Shown: positions 28,370 to 38,007, counted from the first letter of the stretch. The stretch: 64,000 nucleotides of DNA from an uncultured Clostridia bacterium (GCA_934747775.1 CAKVHA010000002.1:70361-134360); one strand, 5' to 3'. Notes: generated from the sequence alone by a model not told the origin. Program-made: numbers and translations.

Positions 28370-28398
28370 ATTTTACCAAAAAATGGGCTAAATGTCAA
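28370..28398 (-). promoter_or_regulatory. promoter of the coiled-coil gene
   Basis: Minus strand: TTGACA (28393-28398) - 17 nt (TTTAGCCCATTTTTTGG) - TAAAAT (28370-28375). Confidence 0.7.
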
Positions 28399-28510
28399 AT
28401 TTGATAACATATTGGTTTAGCACTCTTTCCCCCACAAACTCTCACCGATAAAATAAGCAAATACCTTTATGGTGGAAGTTTTTTAAATGTGATACGCTTC
28501 TAACATATTA

Positions 28511-28592
28511 GACTAATCCCACAAGCCTTGTGTCCACTTGTAAGGGGAAGGTGGTAGCCAACGGCTACCAAAGGGTAGTCCAGTAAGTATAC
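28511..28592 (-). repeat. GC-rich element copy C (minus orientation)
   Basis: The minus strand reads AAATTTCGTATACTTACTGGACTACCC, against copy A AAATTTGCTATACTTACTGGACTACCC (2841-2867). This is followed by hairpin GGTAGCC-gtt-GGCTACC (28553-28569) and CCACCTTCCCCTTACAAGTGGAC. Confidence 0.75.
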
Positions 28593-28687
28593 GAAATTTG
28601 TTTATTATGTTGTGTTTGTTGTCTTAGCGCAAATTAAACCGCAGAAGTACTGCAATGAATATAACCAACAAAACTGGTAAATAAGCC

Positions 28688-28745
28688 GGACTACCCCACC
28701 ACCAGTCGTTCGACTGGTCCCCCGCCCGCTTACAAGGGACGGATA
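28688..28745 (+). repeat. GC-rich element copy B (plus orientation)
   Basis: GGACTACCCCACCACC (28688-28703, identical to 2859-2874), hairpin ACCAGTCG-tt-CGACTGGT (28701-28718), GGTCCCCCGCCCGC (28716-28729, identical to 2882-2895), then TTACAAGGGACGG. Confidence 0.8.
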
Positions 28746-28801
28746 AATTTCAAATAACAGTTTTATTTCTTTCAAGGTGACACAGGCAGTATAAGGATAA
28801 T

Positions 28802-28836
28802 AAAAAAACACCTTGGATTATTTTCAAGGTGTTTTA
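28802..28836. terminator. intrinsic terminator downstream of dnaB (bidirectional shape)
   Basis: AAAAAAA-CACCTTG-gattatttt-CAAGGTG-TTTTA; on the minus strand the stem is followed by T7. Confidence 0.85.
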
Positions 28837-28848
28837 ATAAAATCCATA

Positions 28849-30312
28849 TTAAAAAATATCGTCTACAATGTCACTTTCTTCTAGCGGAACAATATCTGGT
28901 AAGTTTTCGTCTGGTGGAGTAACTTTATTAAACTCTGGTGGTTCGGTACCTTCTAGGCTTTGAGAGTTTGCATCTTTTTCCAAATTAACAAAAGTTGTAG
29001 TTTCGCCAATCCACTTAACCTTAACTGTGCCTTGTGGACCATTACGGTGTTTTGCTACGATAATTTCGGCGATATTTTGACCAGCAATTTCTTTAGGACA
29101 ATCTTTGTACATATCTGGACGATACACAAAAATAACAATATCGGCATCTTGCTCTATTGCGCCCGACTCTCTAAGGTCGCTAAGCATTGGGCGGTGGTCG
29201 GTACGCGACTCTACGCCACGACTTAACTGCGATAGCAAAATAATAGGCACATCAAGTTCTTTTGCAGCAATTTTTAGGTTACGCGACATACTACTAACTT
29301 CTTGTTGACGGCTTTCTGGAGTTTTGCTGTTGCCACTCATAAGTTGAAGATAGTCAATCATAACAAGGTCTAGCCCGTGTTCACGTTTTAGCTTGCGGCA
29401 CTTACTTAAAATCTGCATTGGAGTTGTAAGTGAGTTATCGTCGGCATAGATGCTGGCGTTGGCAAGTTTTTCTTTAGCGCTCCAAAGCGCTTTCCAATCT
29501 TTAACCGAAAGTTCGCCTTTTAGTGCGCGCTCCATACTAACATACGCAACACTGCAAAGGCTACGTTGTGCTAGCTGGCTTTTAGGCATTTCTAGCGAGA
29601 AAATTGCGCATTTTTTACGACCGTTTACTGCTGCGTAGTTTACAATATTCATAGCAAGTGATGTTTTACCACTACCTGGACGTCCTGCCACCAAAATAAG
29701 GTCACTATTTTGCAAGCCGTTTGTAATTTTATCTAGCCCATAAATACCTGTGGATATTCCGCGAAGGCTGGTTTTGTCTTTTTGAATTGTTTCAAATTTA
29801 TCCATAACGCCGTCTAGCGAGTCGTTTAACGGAGTAAGTTCGCCGTGGTCGTCTTCACGCCCAATATCGAAAATGTTTTTTTCCGCCATTGCAATTGCAT
29901 CGGCTTTTTCGTGACCTTCGTATGCGTAATTAATTATGTCGTTAGAGCGGTTTATAAGCTTTCTTAGCACGCTATCGCGTTTTACAATATCTATGTAGTG
30001 TTTGTAGTTGCTAGCACTTGGAACAATGTTGGTTAGGGTTGTTATGTATTCTAGCCCGCCAACAGATTCTAATAAATCCGATTTTTCTAGTTCGTCGGTT
30101 AGTGTAACTAGGTCTACTGGGCTGTTACGCTTATACACTTCGTACATTGCGTTAAAAATAATCTTATGCGCTTCCACATAAAAGTCGTCGCCATTTAGTG
30201 CGCTTATTATATTAAAGCCAGCATCTTGGTCTATTAACACACAACCTAACACGCTTTGCTCGCCTTCTATACTGTTGGGCATTCTACGCCCTTCTACCTT
30301 AGTGCTTTTCAT
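28849..30312 (-). CDS. dnaB: replicative DNA helicase
   Basis: N-terminal PNSIEGEQSVLGCVL, Walker A GRPGSGKTS, IDYLQLM and the RecA-fold motifs of DnaB. Confidence 0.95.
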   Translation of the reverse strand: MKSTKVEGRRMPNSIEGEQSVLGCVLIDQDAGFNIISALNGDDFYVEAHKIIFNAMYEVYKRNSPVDLVTLTDELEKSDLLESVGGLEYITTLTNIVPSASNYKHYIDIVKRDSVLRKLINRSNDIINYAYEGHEKADAIAMAEKNIFDIGREDDHGELTPLNDSLDGVMDKFETIQKDKTSLRGISTGIYGLDKITNGLQNSDLILVAGRPGSGKTSLAMNIVNYAAVNGRKKCAIFSLEMPKSQLAQRSLCSVAYVSMERALKGELSVKDWKALWSAKEKLANASIYADDNSLTTPMQILSKCRKLKREHGLDLVMIDYLQLMSGNSKTPESRQQEVSSMSRNLKIAAKELDVPIILLSQLSRGVESRTDHRPMLSDLRESGAIEQDADIVIFVYRPDMYKDCPKEIAGQNIAEIIVAKHRNGPQGTVKVKWIGETTTFVNLEKDANSQSLEGTEPPEFNKVTPPDENLPDIVPLEESDIVDDIF

Positions 30313-30315
30313 ATG

Positions 30316-30570
30316 TTACTCCTTATCGTTATAATTAGTGTTTTGTTTTTTCGCTTTAATGTGGGCAATTAGTTTTAAAAGCAATTCCGCTAGCCCCCAC
30401 ACACCACACAATATTGCTAAATCTATTAAAACAAAACGTTGGGTTGGGTTTGATTTTTGAATTGCAAAATTTGTAAGGATTATAATTGGCAATGCCACCA
30501 ATATAATTAGCCCATATTTTACAAAAAAATGTTTCATATCACGTTTGTCAAAAAAATACCTGTTTTTCAT
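30316..30570 (-). CDS. small membrane protein, hypothetical
   Basis: 84-aa ORF with two predicted TM helices, 3 nt downstream of dnaB. Confidence 0.5.
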   Translation of the reverse strand: MKNRYFFDKRDMKHFFVKYGLIILVALPIIILTNFAIQKSNPTQRFVLIDLAILCGVWGLAELLLKLIAHIKAKKQNTNYNDKE

Positions 30571-30588
30571 TTTTTATCCCCTTATGTT

Positions 30589-31464
30589 TTATTTTGTTAG
30601 CGTATCGTCGGTTAGGTTTATTTTTGTTTTGTAATGTTTTGCTTTAATCACCTTAATTATCCAAACCGTAATTAACACTAGCGCTAGTGCGATGCTTAAA
30701 GCAAGGGCAACTATATACCAGCCAGTGCCAACCGCTGTGGTGTAATAATAACTAAGCTGGCAAGTTTTGTAGCCTTCGTTTTGAGTGTCAATATCCCACA
30801 AGTGATAGTTTATGCCGTCAATTTTTTCTATATAATCCGCATTAGATTTTAGTCGCGTGTCGGTTGTACCGTACACTTGAGTTAGGCTAACATCTTGCAC
30901 GCCAAACTCGCTATATTTGGTTGAATAATAATCGTAATAGCTAGGCTCGCCACCAATACTTTCTAGATTTGTAAACGTATTGTTGGCTTTAATAATATAT
31001 TTGCTTACAAACCAATTGCTTACAATTTCTGCGTCGTCATCGGTTTCGCTGCTATCGTCTTCTAGCGGAATGCCGTTAATAAGTTTGTAAAAATCTATAT
31101 TTGCATAACTAATTACGGCAACTATGCGGTCGGTTTTTAAATCAGCTTCCATCCACTCACCTTGTTCGGCAAGCACATTGTTAATAAAATCAATTTTGCC
31201 TTCATAGCGACGTTGAAGTTCTAGTTTTGATGCGGTTATCGCCTCAACATAGGTTTTAAGGTCTTCTCTTATGTCGTTTTTAAGATTGATATATTTTTCT
31301 TCGCCAATCTTTTCAATAATTTTGCTGCGGTCTAATTCAATTACAATTTTGTCCATAATAAGCCCTGTGTCGTCGGTTATGCGCTGATACTCTATGTGTG
31401 CACAGCTTGCCACGAAAAAGCAACACATTATTAACACTATTACACTTAAAAATCTTTTCTTCAA
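30589..31464 (-). CDS. lipoprotein with C-terminal TM anchor, hypothetical
   Basis: MKKRFLSVIVLIMCCFFVASCAH (signal peptide plus lipobox VASC). A C-terminal hydrophobic helix (WYIVALALSIALALVLITVWII). Confidence 0.6.
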   Translation of the reverse strand: MKKRFLSVIVLIMCCFFVASCAHIEYQRITDDTGLIMDKIVIELDRSKIIEKIGEEKYINLKNDIREDLKTYVEAITASKLELQRRYEGKIDFINNVLAEQGEWMEADLKTDRIVAVISYANIDFYKLINGIPLEDDSSETDDDAEIVSNWFVSKYIIKANNTFTNLESIGGEPSYYDYYSTKYSEFGVQDVSLTQVYGTTDTRLKSNADYIEKIDGINYHLWDIDTQNEGYKTCQLSYYYTTAVGTGWYIVALALSIALALVLITVWIIKVIKAKHYKTKINLTDDTLTK

Positions 31465-31602
31465 ATTTTAGACCTCATTTTTCACATTTAATTATATATT
31501 AAAAAAAGAATATTTTCAATAAGATTTTATAACAATATGTTCAATTTATTGTTAAAAATTACAAATTTTGCATAAAAAATTTTTACACACTTTAATAATT
31601 TA

Positions 31603-32328
31603 TTGCCAAAGGGTACAAAAAAGAATATAATATTAGGTATGGAAAACACAAGAAAGTGCAATTACATTTCTAATAAGTTTGGCATAGACAACATAAAAAG
31701 AGATAAAGCCACTATTTTAGCAGCTGGCGGTGCGCTTGCTGGTTTTGGATTGTTGGAAAGCCGAAAGGAATTGGTGTTTAAAGAATATTATGATACACCA
31801 AACTTTTTCTTTTCCGAAAACGGCATTACAATAAACAAAAATGTTTTTAAGGGCTCAAATGTTGCTACACTTGTAGTGAGATATCAAACCGAAAAACAAC
31901 GCATAGAATTTTTAAGTGATATGCCAGATGTTTTTGAACTTAAAATAAATAAAAAAGACAGCATTTTTAAATATGTAGATTACATAACCGAATGTATTGG
32001 CGAGCTTGCTCCATACGGACTAAATGTTGATGTTAAAAAAACATTATTTGGAATTGTAAATGTGTTTACATCCAAAAAACAACGCGAAACATACAAATAT
32101 ATTAGTTTTAGCGGATTAAAAATCACGCTTGCCTTTTGTAAAAACAAATATTATACAAATTTAAACCGCAACTGCGAAAATATGTTAATGCTAGAAATTG
32201 ACAGCGAAAATGTGGACAAAAAACCAGAGTACGACGCGTTTATTAAGAAACTAAAGTTCAACTACCCTAATTTAATAGAATTAGAAAGTTCCGATTATCT
32301 ACTTGGAAAATCACTACTATTTAAATAA
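31603..32328 (+). CDS. hypothetical protein
   Basis: ORF opens with TTG at 31603; the first ATG is at 31639 (MENTRK), so the start is uncertain. No recognisable motif. Confidence 0.5.
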   Translation: MPKGTKKNIILGMENTRKCNYISNKFGIDNIKRDKATILAAGGALAGFGLLESRKELVFKEYYDTPNFFFSENGITINKNVFKGSNVATLVVRYQTEKQRIEFLSDMPDVFELKINKKDSIFKYVDYITECIGELAPYGLNVDVKKTLFGIVNVFTSKKQRETYKYISFSGLKITLAFCKNKYYTNLNRNCENMLMLEIDSENVDKKPEYDAFIKKLKFNYPNLIELESSDYLLGKSLLFK

Positions 32329-32531
32329 AAGCAAAAGCGACATAACATTGTCGCTTTCTTTTACCTATTGTTTTAAGTTTTACAAAACCAACACTTTAAG
32401 TTTTCAAATGAAGAATTTTATATTGTTATGGTAAATAGATTTTTTAAACATTACAATAATATTTTTACACAATAAAATTAAACACCAAAACAACAGTGGT
32501 TTTTACACTCAGCCCGCATTAACATACAAAT

Positions 32532-33158
32532 TTAAAACACGCTTTTATATTGTTGAAGTTTTAAAATTAATGATGTAAGTTGTTTGTTTAAGTAATCAAT
32601 TTTAATCATATCGTTAAGTTTAATTAAGTCATTAATAAGTTCGTCGAAGATGTTTTTAATATGGTCTACTAGGTCGTTTGCATTTTTAGGATAATTATAA
32701 TCATCGTCTTCAAACTGTGGAATTTCGTCTAACATAGAAAGATGCTTGTAAATATTTAGCACAACATCGCTTACCACCCTAACATCTAATTTTACCTTGT
32801 TTATTTCGTTTTTGTTTTCTACGCTTTGTTCCAACACAGACAATGCTTGAATTAAATTAATTGTCAAAAAGTAACTATTTTTTGACAATAACACAAGTTT
32901 TTCTCGCAACTCCGTAGTATATTCTGACTTAAAATCATAGTTTTCATTAAATTCCAAAACAGTAACACCAACTACACTATTTTGTTCGGGCTCGGTTAAA
33001 CACAACACATAGCCGCGTGTTAGTTTTTCGTAGCACGCAATAAATTTATCACACGGAATAATGTCTTGTTTTTTAGTATAGGCATATTTTTTTACGTACT
33101 CAATTCTTTCATCACTCAGTTGTTTTTTGGGTTTTTGTTTAAAAAAATTAAATGGCAT
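32532..33158 (-). CDS. hypothetical protein
   Basis: 208-aa ORF at the head of the minus-strand block, upstream of no obvious partner. No motif recognised. Confidence 0.5.
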   Translation of the reverse strand: MPFNFFKQKPKKQLSDERIEYVKKYAYTKKQDIIPCDKFIACYEKLTRGYVLCLTEPEQNSVVGVTVLEFNENYDFKSEYTTELREKLVLLSKNSYFLTINLIQALSVLEQSVENKNEINKVKLDVRVVSDVVLNIYKHLSMLDEIPQFEDDDYNYPKNANDLVDHIKNIFDELINDLIKLNDMIKIDYLNKQLTSLILKLQQYKSVF

Positions 33159-33206
33159 ATTGTATTACTCCTATTGTTAATACATATGCCACTCAACTTA
33201 AATTTA

Positions 33207-34889
33207 TTACTTTTTGTTTTTTCTATGCAAAAGCTCTTTTGATTTGTTTAATGACGAACCAAATATGTTTTTATAAATATTTTTTATGTTTTCACTTTCC
33301 ACGCTAATTTTGTTGTTTATTTCTTTATCTTTTTTATATAGTGCTGCTGCGCGTTTTAGCTTTACATCTTCAATATCAATTTTGTTATAGTCCTCATAAT
33401 TCTGTCCGCCGCCATTTACACAACCACCTGGACACGCCATAACTTCCACATAATCATAATGTTTTTTGTTGGATACAATATCATCCATAACATCTTTAGC
33501 ATTTCTTAGTCCATTAACAACGCAAATACTTAAACTTGTTTTTCCACATTTTACAACAATGTCTTTTCTACCCCTACTATTTCTAACATCAACAAAGTCA
33601 ACTAAAGTTTCATTAGGGTTAAGTTTGCGACAAACAGAGCGAAGTATTGCTTCGGTCACGCCGCCAGTTGCACCAAATATTAACCCCGCACCACTATACT
33701 TAGAAAACGGGTCATCAAACTTATTAGGTTCTAGGTTGTTATAATCTAAACCAGCATCGTCTATCATTTTAGCTAGTTCTCGCGTGGTTAACACAAAATC
33801 CACATCATCGCCACGCAACTTTTCGCCTTTTTTTGCCGTGCACGGCATTATTCCCACCACTTTTATATTGTTTTTACTTGTGTTTTCGGTACTTGAAAAG
33901 TAGTTTTTAATAACAGCACCAAGCATTTCTGTTGGGCTTTTACAATTAGACAAGTGTGCAGTGTGATTAGGATAGAATGTGTGCACATACTTAAACCACG
34001 CTGGACAACAAGAACTAAAAAGTGGAAGGTTTTTGTGATTTTTAATTCGCTCCAACAACTCTTCGCTTTCTTCCACCGCAGTAAGATCTGCCCCAACATT
34101 AATATCGAACACTCGGTCAAAGCCAAGCTGTTTTAATGCAGAAACCATTCTGCCTTCGTCAAATGTGCCAACAGGATTATTAAAATATTCGGCAAGCGAA
34201 ACCCTAACAGATGGCGCAACTTGAGCAAACACCAATGTGTTTTCATCTTTCAAAACAGTTTTTACAGCCTCTATTTCACTGTTTTCAACCAAAGCTCCAG
34301 TTGGGCAAACAAGCACACACTGCCCACATCCCACACACGGACTTTTTTCTAGTGGCAAACCAAATTGACAACCAACTACAGTGTTTCCACCACGTCCAAT
34401 TTTTGTAAGAGCATTAACAGCTTGCGTTTTTTTACATACCGCAACACATCTGCCGCACAATATGCATTTATTAGGGTTTCTGACAATACAAGGTGAAGAA
34501 TTGTCAGTAACCCACCTGTTATTATTGTTTAAATAATCAACACCATACTCTTTACACAAACTTTGTAATGAGCAAGCACCAGACTTAGCACACTCAATAC
34601 AATTTTTATGATGATTTGAAACTAATAATTTTAGAGTATTAACCCTACTCTTTATAACTTTTTCGCTGTGCGTTAAAACACTAAGTTCGTCTTTACACAA
34701 TGTGTTGCAAGCGCATATTAGTTTGCCAGTGTTTTCATCTTCAACCAGACACATTCTGCAATTCCCGTCGTTTACAAGATTTTTAAGATAGCAAAGTGTG
34801 GGAATGTGTATTTCATTTTTTCTTGCAACTTGTAAAATTGTTTCGTTTTCTAAGTAAGTGCAAGTTATTCCGTTTATTGTTATTTTCAT
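33207..34889 (-). CDS. hydA: [FeFe] hydrogenase catalytic subunit (HydA, group A3-like)
   Basis: N-terminal 2Fe-2S and 4Fe-4S Cys clusters. H-cluster motifs FSSCCPAW, MPCTAKKGE and EVMACPGGCVNGGG. Confidence 0.92.
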   Translation of the reverse strand: MKITINGITCTYLENETILQVARKNEIHIPTLCYLKNLVNDGNCRMCLVEDENTGKLICACNTLCKDELSVLTHSEKVIKSRVNTLKLLVSNHHKNCIECAKSGACSLQSLCKEYGVDYLNNNNRWVTDNSSPCIVRNPNKCILCGRCVAVCKKTQAVNALTKIGRGGNTVVGCQFGLPLEKSPCVGCGQCVLVCPTGALVENSEIEAVKTVLKDENTLVFAQVAPSVRVSLAEYFNNPVGTFDEGRMVSALKQLGFDRVFDINVGADLTAVEESEELLERIKNHKNLPLFSSCCPAWFKYVHTFYPNHTAHLSNCKSPTEMLGAVIKNYFSSTENTSKNNIKVVGIMPCTAKKGEKLRGDDVDFVLTTRELAKMIDDAGLDYNNLEPNKFDDPFSKYSGAGLIFGATGGVTEAILRSVCRKLNPNETLVDFVDVRNSRGRKDIVVKCGKTSLSICVVNGLRNAKDVMDDIVSNKKHYDYVEVMACPGGCVNGGGQNYEDYNKIDIEDVKLKRAAALYKKDKEINNKISVESENIKNIYKNIFGSSLNKSKELLHRKNKK

Positions 34890-36718
34890 TTTTCACCTCG
34901 CTTAATTGCGCCAAATCTGCAAGTTTCAAAGCATTTTCCACACTTTACACATTTTGATTGGTCAATTTTAAAAGGTTTTCTTATTTCGCCACTTATGGCT
35001 TTAACAGGACAAACTCGCGAGCAAGCTGAGCAACCCACGCAAACATTTGGCATAATTTCATAATGTTTTAGTTTTACGCAAACATTTGCTCTACATTTGC
35101 CTTTTATATGTTCAAGATACTCGTCTTTAAAATATTTTAGAGTACTTAACACTGGGTTTGGGGCGAATTTGCCCAAGCCACAAAGCGAACTATTTTTTAA
35201 ATATTCGCAAGTTTCTTCTAATTCTTGTATATCCGATAGTTGCCCTTTGCCATCGCAAATTTTTGTAAGGATTTCATATAGTTTTACTGTGCCAAGTCTA
35301 CAAGCCGTACACTTTCCACACGATTCTTCCATAGAAAACTTTACAAAAAAACGAGCCAAGTCCACCATACAAGTATCTTCATCTAATACAATAATTCCGC
35401 TACCACCAACAAGTGCGCCTGCGTTTTCAATGTCGCTGTAATTTAGCGGAATATTTAGCATATCGGCAGGGATACAACCACCCACCGAACCACCAATCAT
35501 AACAGCTTTTAGCCTTTTATCACCAATCAATCCGCCGCCAATATTATACACAACTTCTTTTAGCGGAGTACCCATTTTTACTTCAATTAGCCCTGCGTGT
35601 TTTACTTTACCAGAAAGCGCAAACACTTTTGTACCGCTTCCCACAATGCCTAATTTTTTAAACCACTCGGAACCATTCAAAACAATACTAGGCACGCACG
35701 CTAGCGTTTCCACATTGTTTACAAGTGTTGGTTTTTCTAAATATCCGCACTCGCTAGGATATGGCGGTTTTATATCTGGTTCGCCACGTTTGCCTTCTAG
35801 AGTTTTTATTAGCGCGGTTTCTTCGCCGCACACAAAAAGTCCAGCACCAAGCCTAACTTCAATATCAAAACAAAAATCAGTTTCAAATATGTTTTTACCA
35901 AGCAGCCCAAGTTTTTTGGCATCAAGTATGGCTTTTTTGACACAATCTGCCGCCATTTCATATTCCGCACGAATATATATTATACCTTTTGTTGCCCTAA
36001 CCGCATAGCCAGCAATTGCAACTGCTTCTACAATAAGATGCGGGTCGGCGTCTATTATGGATCTATCCATATCGCCGCAATTACATATAATATATTTCTC
36101 GTCACTTATGGCATTTTTAACTTGTTGCCATTTTTTATAGGCTGGGTAGCCCGCCCCACCGCGGCCAAGCAGTCCGCTAGTTTTTATAAGGGCAATAACA
36201 TCGTTTTCGGTGTAAGTTTTTAGCACTTTATATAGTGCCAAATATCCATCAAACGCAATGTAATCCATAATATTAAGCGGGTCTATTAATCCAATGTTTT
36301 TACGAGCAACAAAAGTTTGTTTTTTGTAAAAATCAATTTTATCCATTTCGTCTTGGCTTAGGTTTTTATCAAACAACAATTCTTCTACAACCTTGCCACC
36401 AATGATGTGTTGGGTTATTATTTTAGACGCCAATTCTTTGGTAACCTTACAATAAAATGTTTTTTCGGGATACACAATTACAATTGGCCCTTTTGCGCAT
36501 AGTCCCATACAACCCACTTGGTTTACTTTTACTTGAGTGCCTAGTTTGTGTTTTTTAATTTCTTCCCTAAATGTATTTAGCACCGATTGTCCGCCATTGC
36601 TGTGACACGCGGTATTTGTACAAACCACAATCTCTTTTTTAAGCGAGTGTGTGTTTAATTTTGCGGTCATATTTAGCATTGCTGACTGCTTTAATTCGTT
36701 TAATTTTTCAAAATTCAT
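34886..36718 (-). CDS. hydB: NuoF-like flavoprotein subunit of bifurcating hydrogenase (HydB)
   Basis: N-terminal thioredoxin-like 2Fe-2S, NuoF core (GRGGAGYPAYKKW, ESCGKCTACR) and C-terminal 2x[4Fe-4S] ferredoxin motifs (CVGCSACSRVCP, CVKCGKCFETC). 4-nt overlap with hydA. Confidence 0.9.
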   Translation of the reverse strand: MNFEKLNELKQSAMLNMTAKLNTHSLKKEIVVCTNTACHSNGGQSVLNTFREEIKKHKLGTQVKVNQVGCMGLCAKGPIVIVYPEKTFYCKVTKELASKIITQHIIGGKVVEELLFDKNLSQDEMDKIDFYKKQTFVARKNIGLIDPLNIMDYIAFDGYLALYKVLKTYTENDVIALIKTSGLLGRGGAGYPAYKKWQQVKNAISDEKYIICNCGDMDRSIIDADPHLIVEAVAIAGYAVRATKGIIYIRAEYEMAADCVKKAILDAKKLGLLGKNIFETDFCFDIEVRLGAGLFVCGEETALIKTLEGKRGEPDIKPPYPSECGYLEKPTLVNNVETLACVPSIVLNGSEWFKKLGIVGSGTKVFALSGKVKHAGLIEVKMGTPLKEVVYNIGGGLIGDKRLKAVMIGGSVGGCIPADMLNIPLNYSDIENAGALVGGSGIIVLDEDTCMVDLARFFVKFSMEESCGKCTACRLGTVKLYEILTKICDGKGQLSDIQELEETCEYLKNSSLCGLGKFAPNPVLSTLKYFKDEYLEHIKGKCRANVCVKLKHYEIMPNVCVGCSACSRVCPVKAISGEIRKPFKIDQSKCVKCGKCFETCRFGAIKRGEK

Positions 36719-36725
36719 AGTTCAC

Positions 36726-37163
36726 CTAAATTAACCCATTTATAATTTCGCCTAGTTTTTGCTCGGTTAGCTTTCCATATATTTTGCCGTTTATCCTAAC
36801 CGCCGGTGCTTCGCCACAACAGCCCAAACACCTAATTACATTAACCGAAAAAAGATTGTCGGCGGTGTTTCCAAGTTGTTGTAATTTTAATTTTTCCATA
36901 AGGTGATTAAGCAAAGTTTCGCCACCCAAAACAAAGCAAGCACTTCCCACACACACTTCTATTTGATATTTTGCGGTTGGCGAAAACCTAAAAGCGCTAA
37001 AAAAGGTTGCAACCCCATAAATTTCGCTTATAGGCTTGTTTGCTAATTTTGCTATTTGTTCCATTGCAGACTGGCTTATATAACCATTTTTTTTCATTTC
37101 TTGCTGCAATAATTCTACAACACTAAGTTTTTTTATGTTTTTATTTTCCATTTTTTGTCCCAT
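36726..37163 (-). CDS. hydC: NuoE-like 2Fe-2S subunit (HydC)
   Basis: CVGSAC...CLGCCGEAP thioredoxin-like [2Fe-2S] pattern. The start may be the second ATG (37151). Confidence 0.85.
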   Translation of the reverse strand: MGQKMENKNIKKLSVVELLQQEMKKNGYISQSAMEQIAKLANKPISEIYGVATFFSAFRFSPTAKYQIEVCVGSACFVLGGETLLNHLMEKLKLQQLGNTADNLFSVNVIRCLGCCGEAPAVRINGKIYGKLTEQKLGEIINGLI

Positions 37164-37235
37164 TACAAACTCATTATATCAAAAAATTATAAAATTAAAA
37201 AATCTATATGTGTTAATTTAATAAAAATTTTAACT

Positions 37236-37280
37236 AAAAAAACAATCAATATCTTTTATGAATATTGATTGCTTTTGTTT
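37236..37280 (-). terminator. intrinsic terminator after gene 37301..37939
   Basis: Minus strand: CAATCAATAT-tcataaaag-ATATTGATTG followed by T7. Confidence 0.8.
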
Positions 37281-37300
37281 TTTATTTAATTAATTAGCAA

Positions 37301-37939
37301 TTACATAGCCGAAACATCGTCTGATTTTTTAGATGCTTTAGCAGTTGTTTCATCTTTTGGTGGAAACATCTGATCTGTTGTTGGAATGTGATTTAGTACC
37401 TTTTTGCTAATTTCGTTGTAAGCAGCGGCAACATTACGCAAAGTGTTTTGCCACGAAGGTGTGTAATTATATACACCAACTGCTGCATCCATATATTTTT
37501 CTTTACGTTTAGCTAAGTATTCGCCCTTTTTAAACCCTAATTCCCAGCGAGATTTTAACAAACCCAACCACGCTGCGTGAACTGGCTCGTTTTCGGTCAA
37601 ATCATCTATGTCTTTTCTCATCAATTCGTCAGCATCAAGACCATTACCTTCTCTAATATCTTTTGCTGCTTTGTTTTTAATAACATCAACTTGTGGTGCA
37701 TCGTCTACAGCATACACAAAGCCATATCTATCGAATAAGGTGTACTTTTTTGTAATCTTAATTCCACCAAGATCTCTGGTCGCCATAATTTCAATGCGGC
37801 GTTTTTTAGTTTTGTCGTCACTAATTAGCTCAATTTTTTCTATTTTATTTCCAACAAAATCTTTATTAACAAGCATTTGTAGGTTTTTATTGTCTATTCC
37901 AATTTTTGTTTCACATTCTTTGTAATTCATATTTTTCAC
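37301..37939 (-). CDS. hypothetical protein
   Basis: 212-aa ORF with TTGACA-17-TATAAT promoter upstream (about 37965-37993, minus strand). No motif recognised. Confidence 0.55.
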   Translation of the reverse strand: MKNMNYKECETKIGIDNKNLQMLVNKDFVGNKIEKIELISDDKTKKRRIEIMATRDLGGIKITKKYTLFDRYGFVYAVDDAPQVDVIKNKAAKDIREGNGLDADELMRKDIDDLTENEPVHAAWLGLLKSRWELGFKKGEYLAKRKEKYMDAAVGVYNYTPSWQNTLRNVAAAYNEISKKVLNHIPTTDQMFPPKDETTAKASKKSDDVSAM

Positions 37940-38007
37940 CCTCTTTTTATCCTGCGGAAATTATACATCAACCAAGGCTTTTTGTCAATACTGTTTTTAT
38001 CGCCATT

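Noticed and set aside
28605-28811. ORFs spanning RNA elements: 28605..28811(-), 10474..10743(+), 2546..2752(+) and 50180..50428(-)
   Set aside because: Each runs straight through a tRNA gene, a terminator or the GC-rich repeat elements and has no RBS. These are chance open frames.
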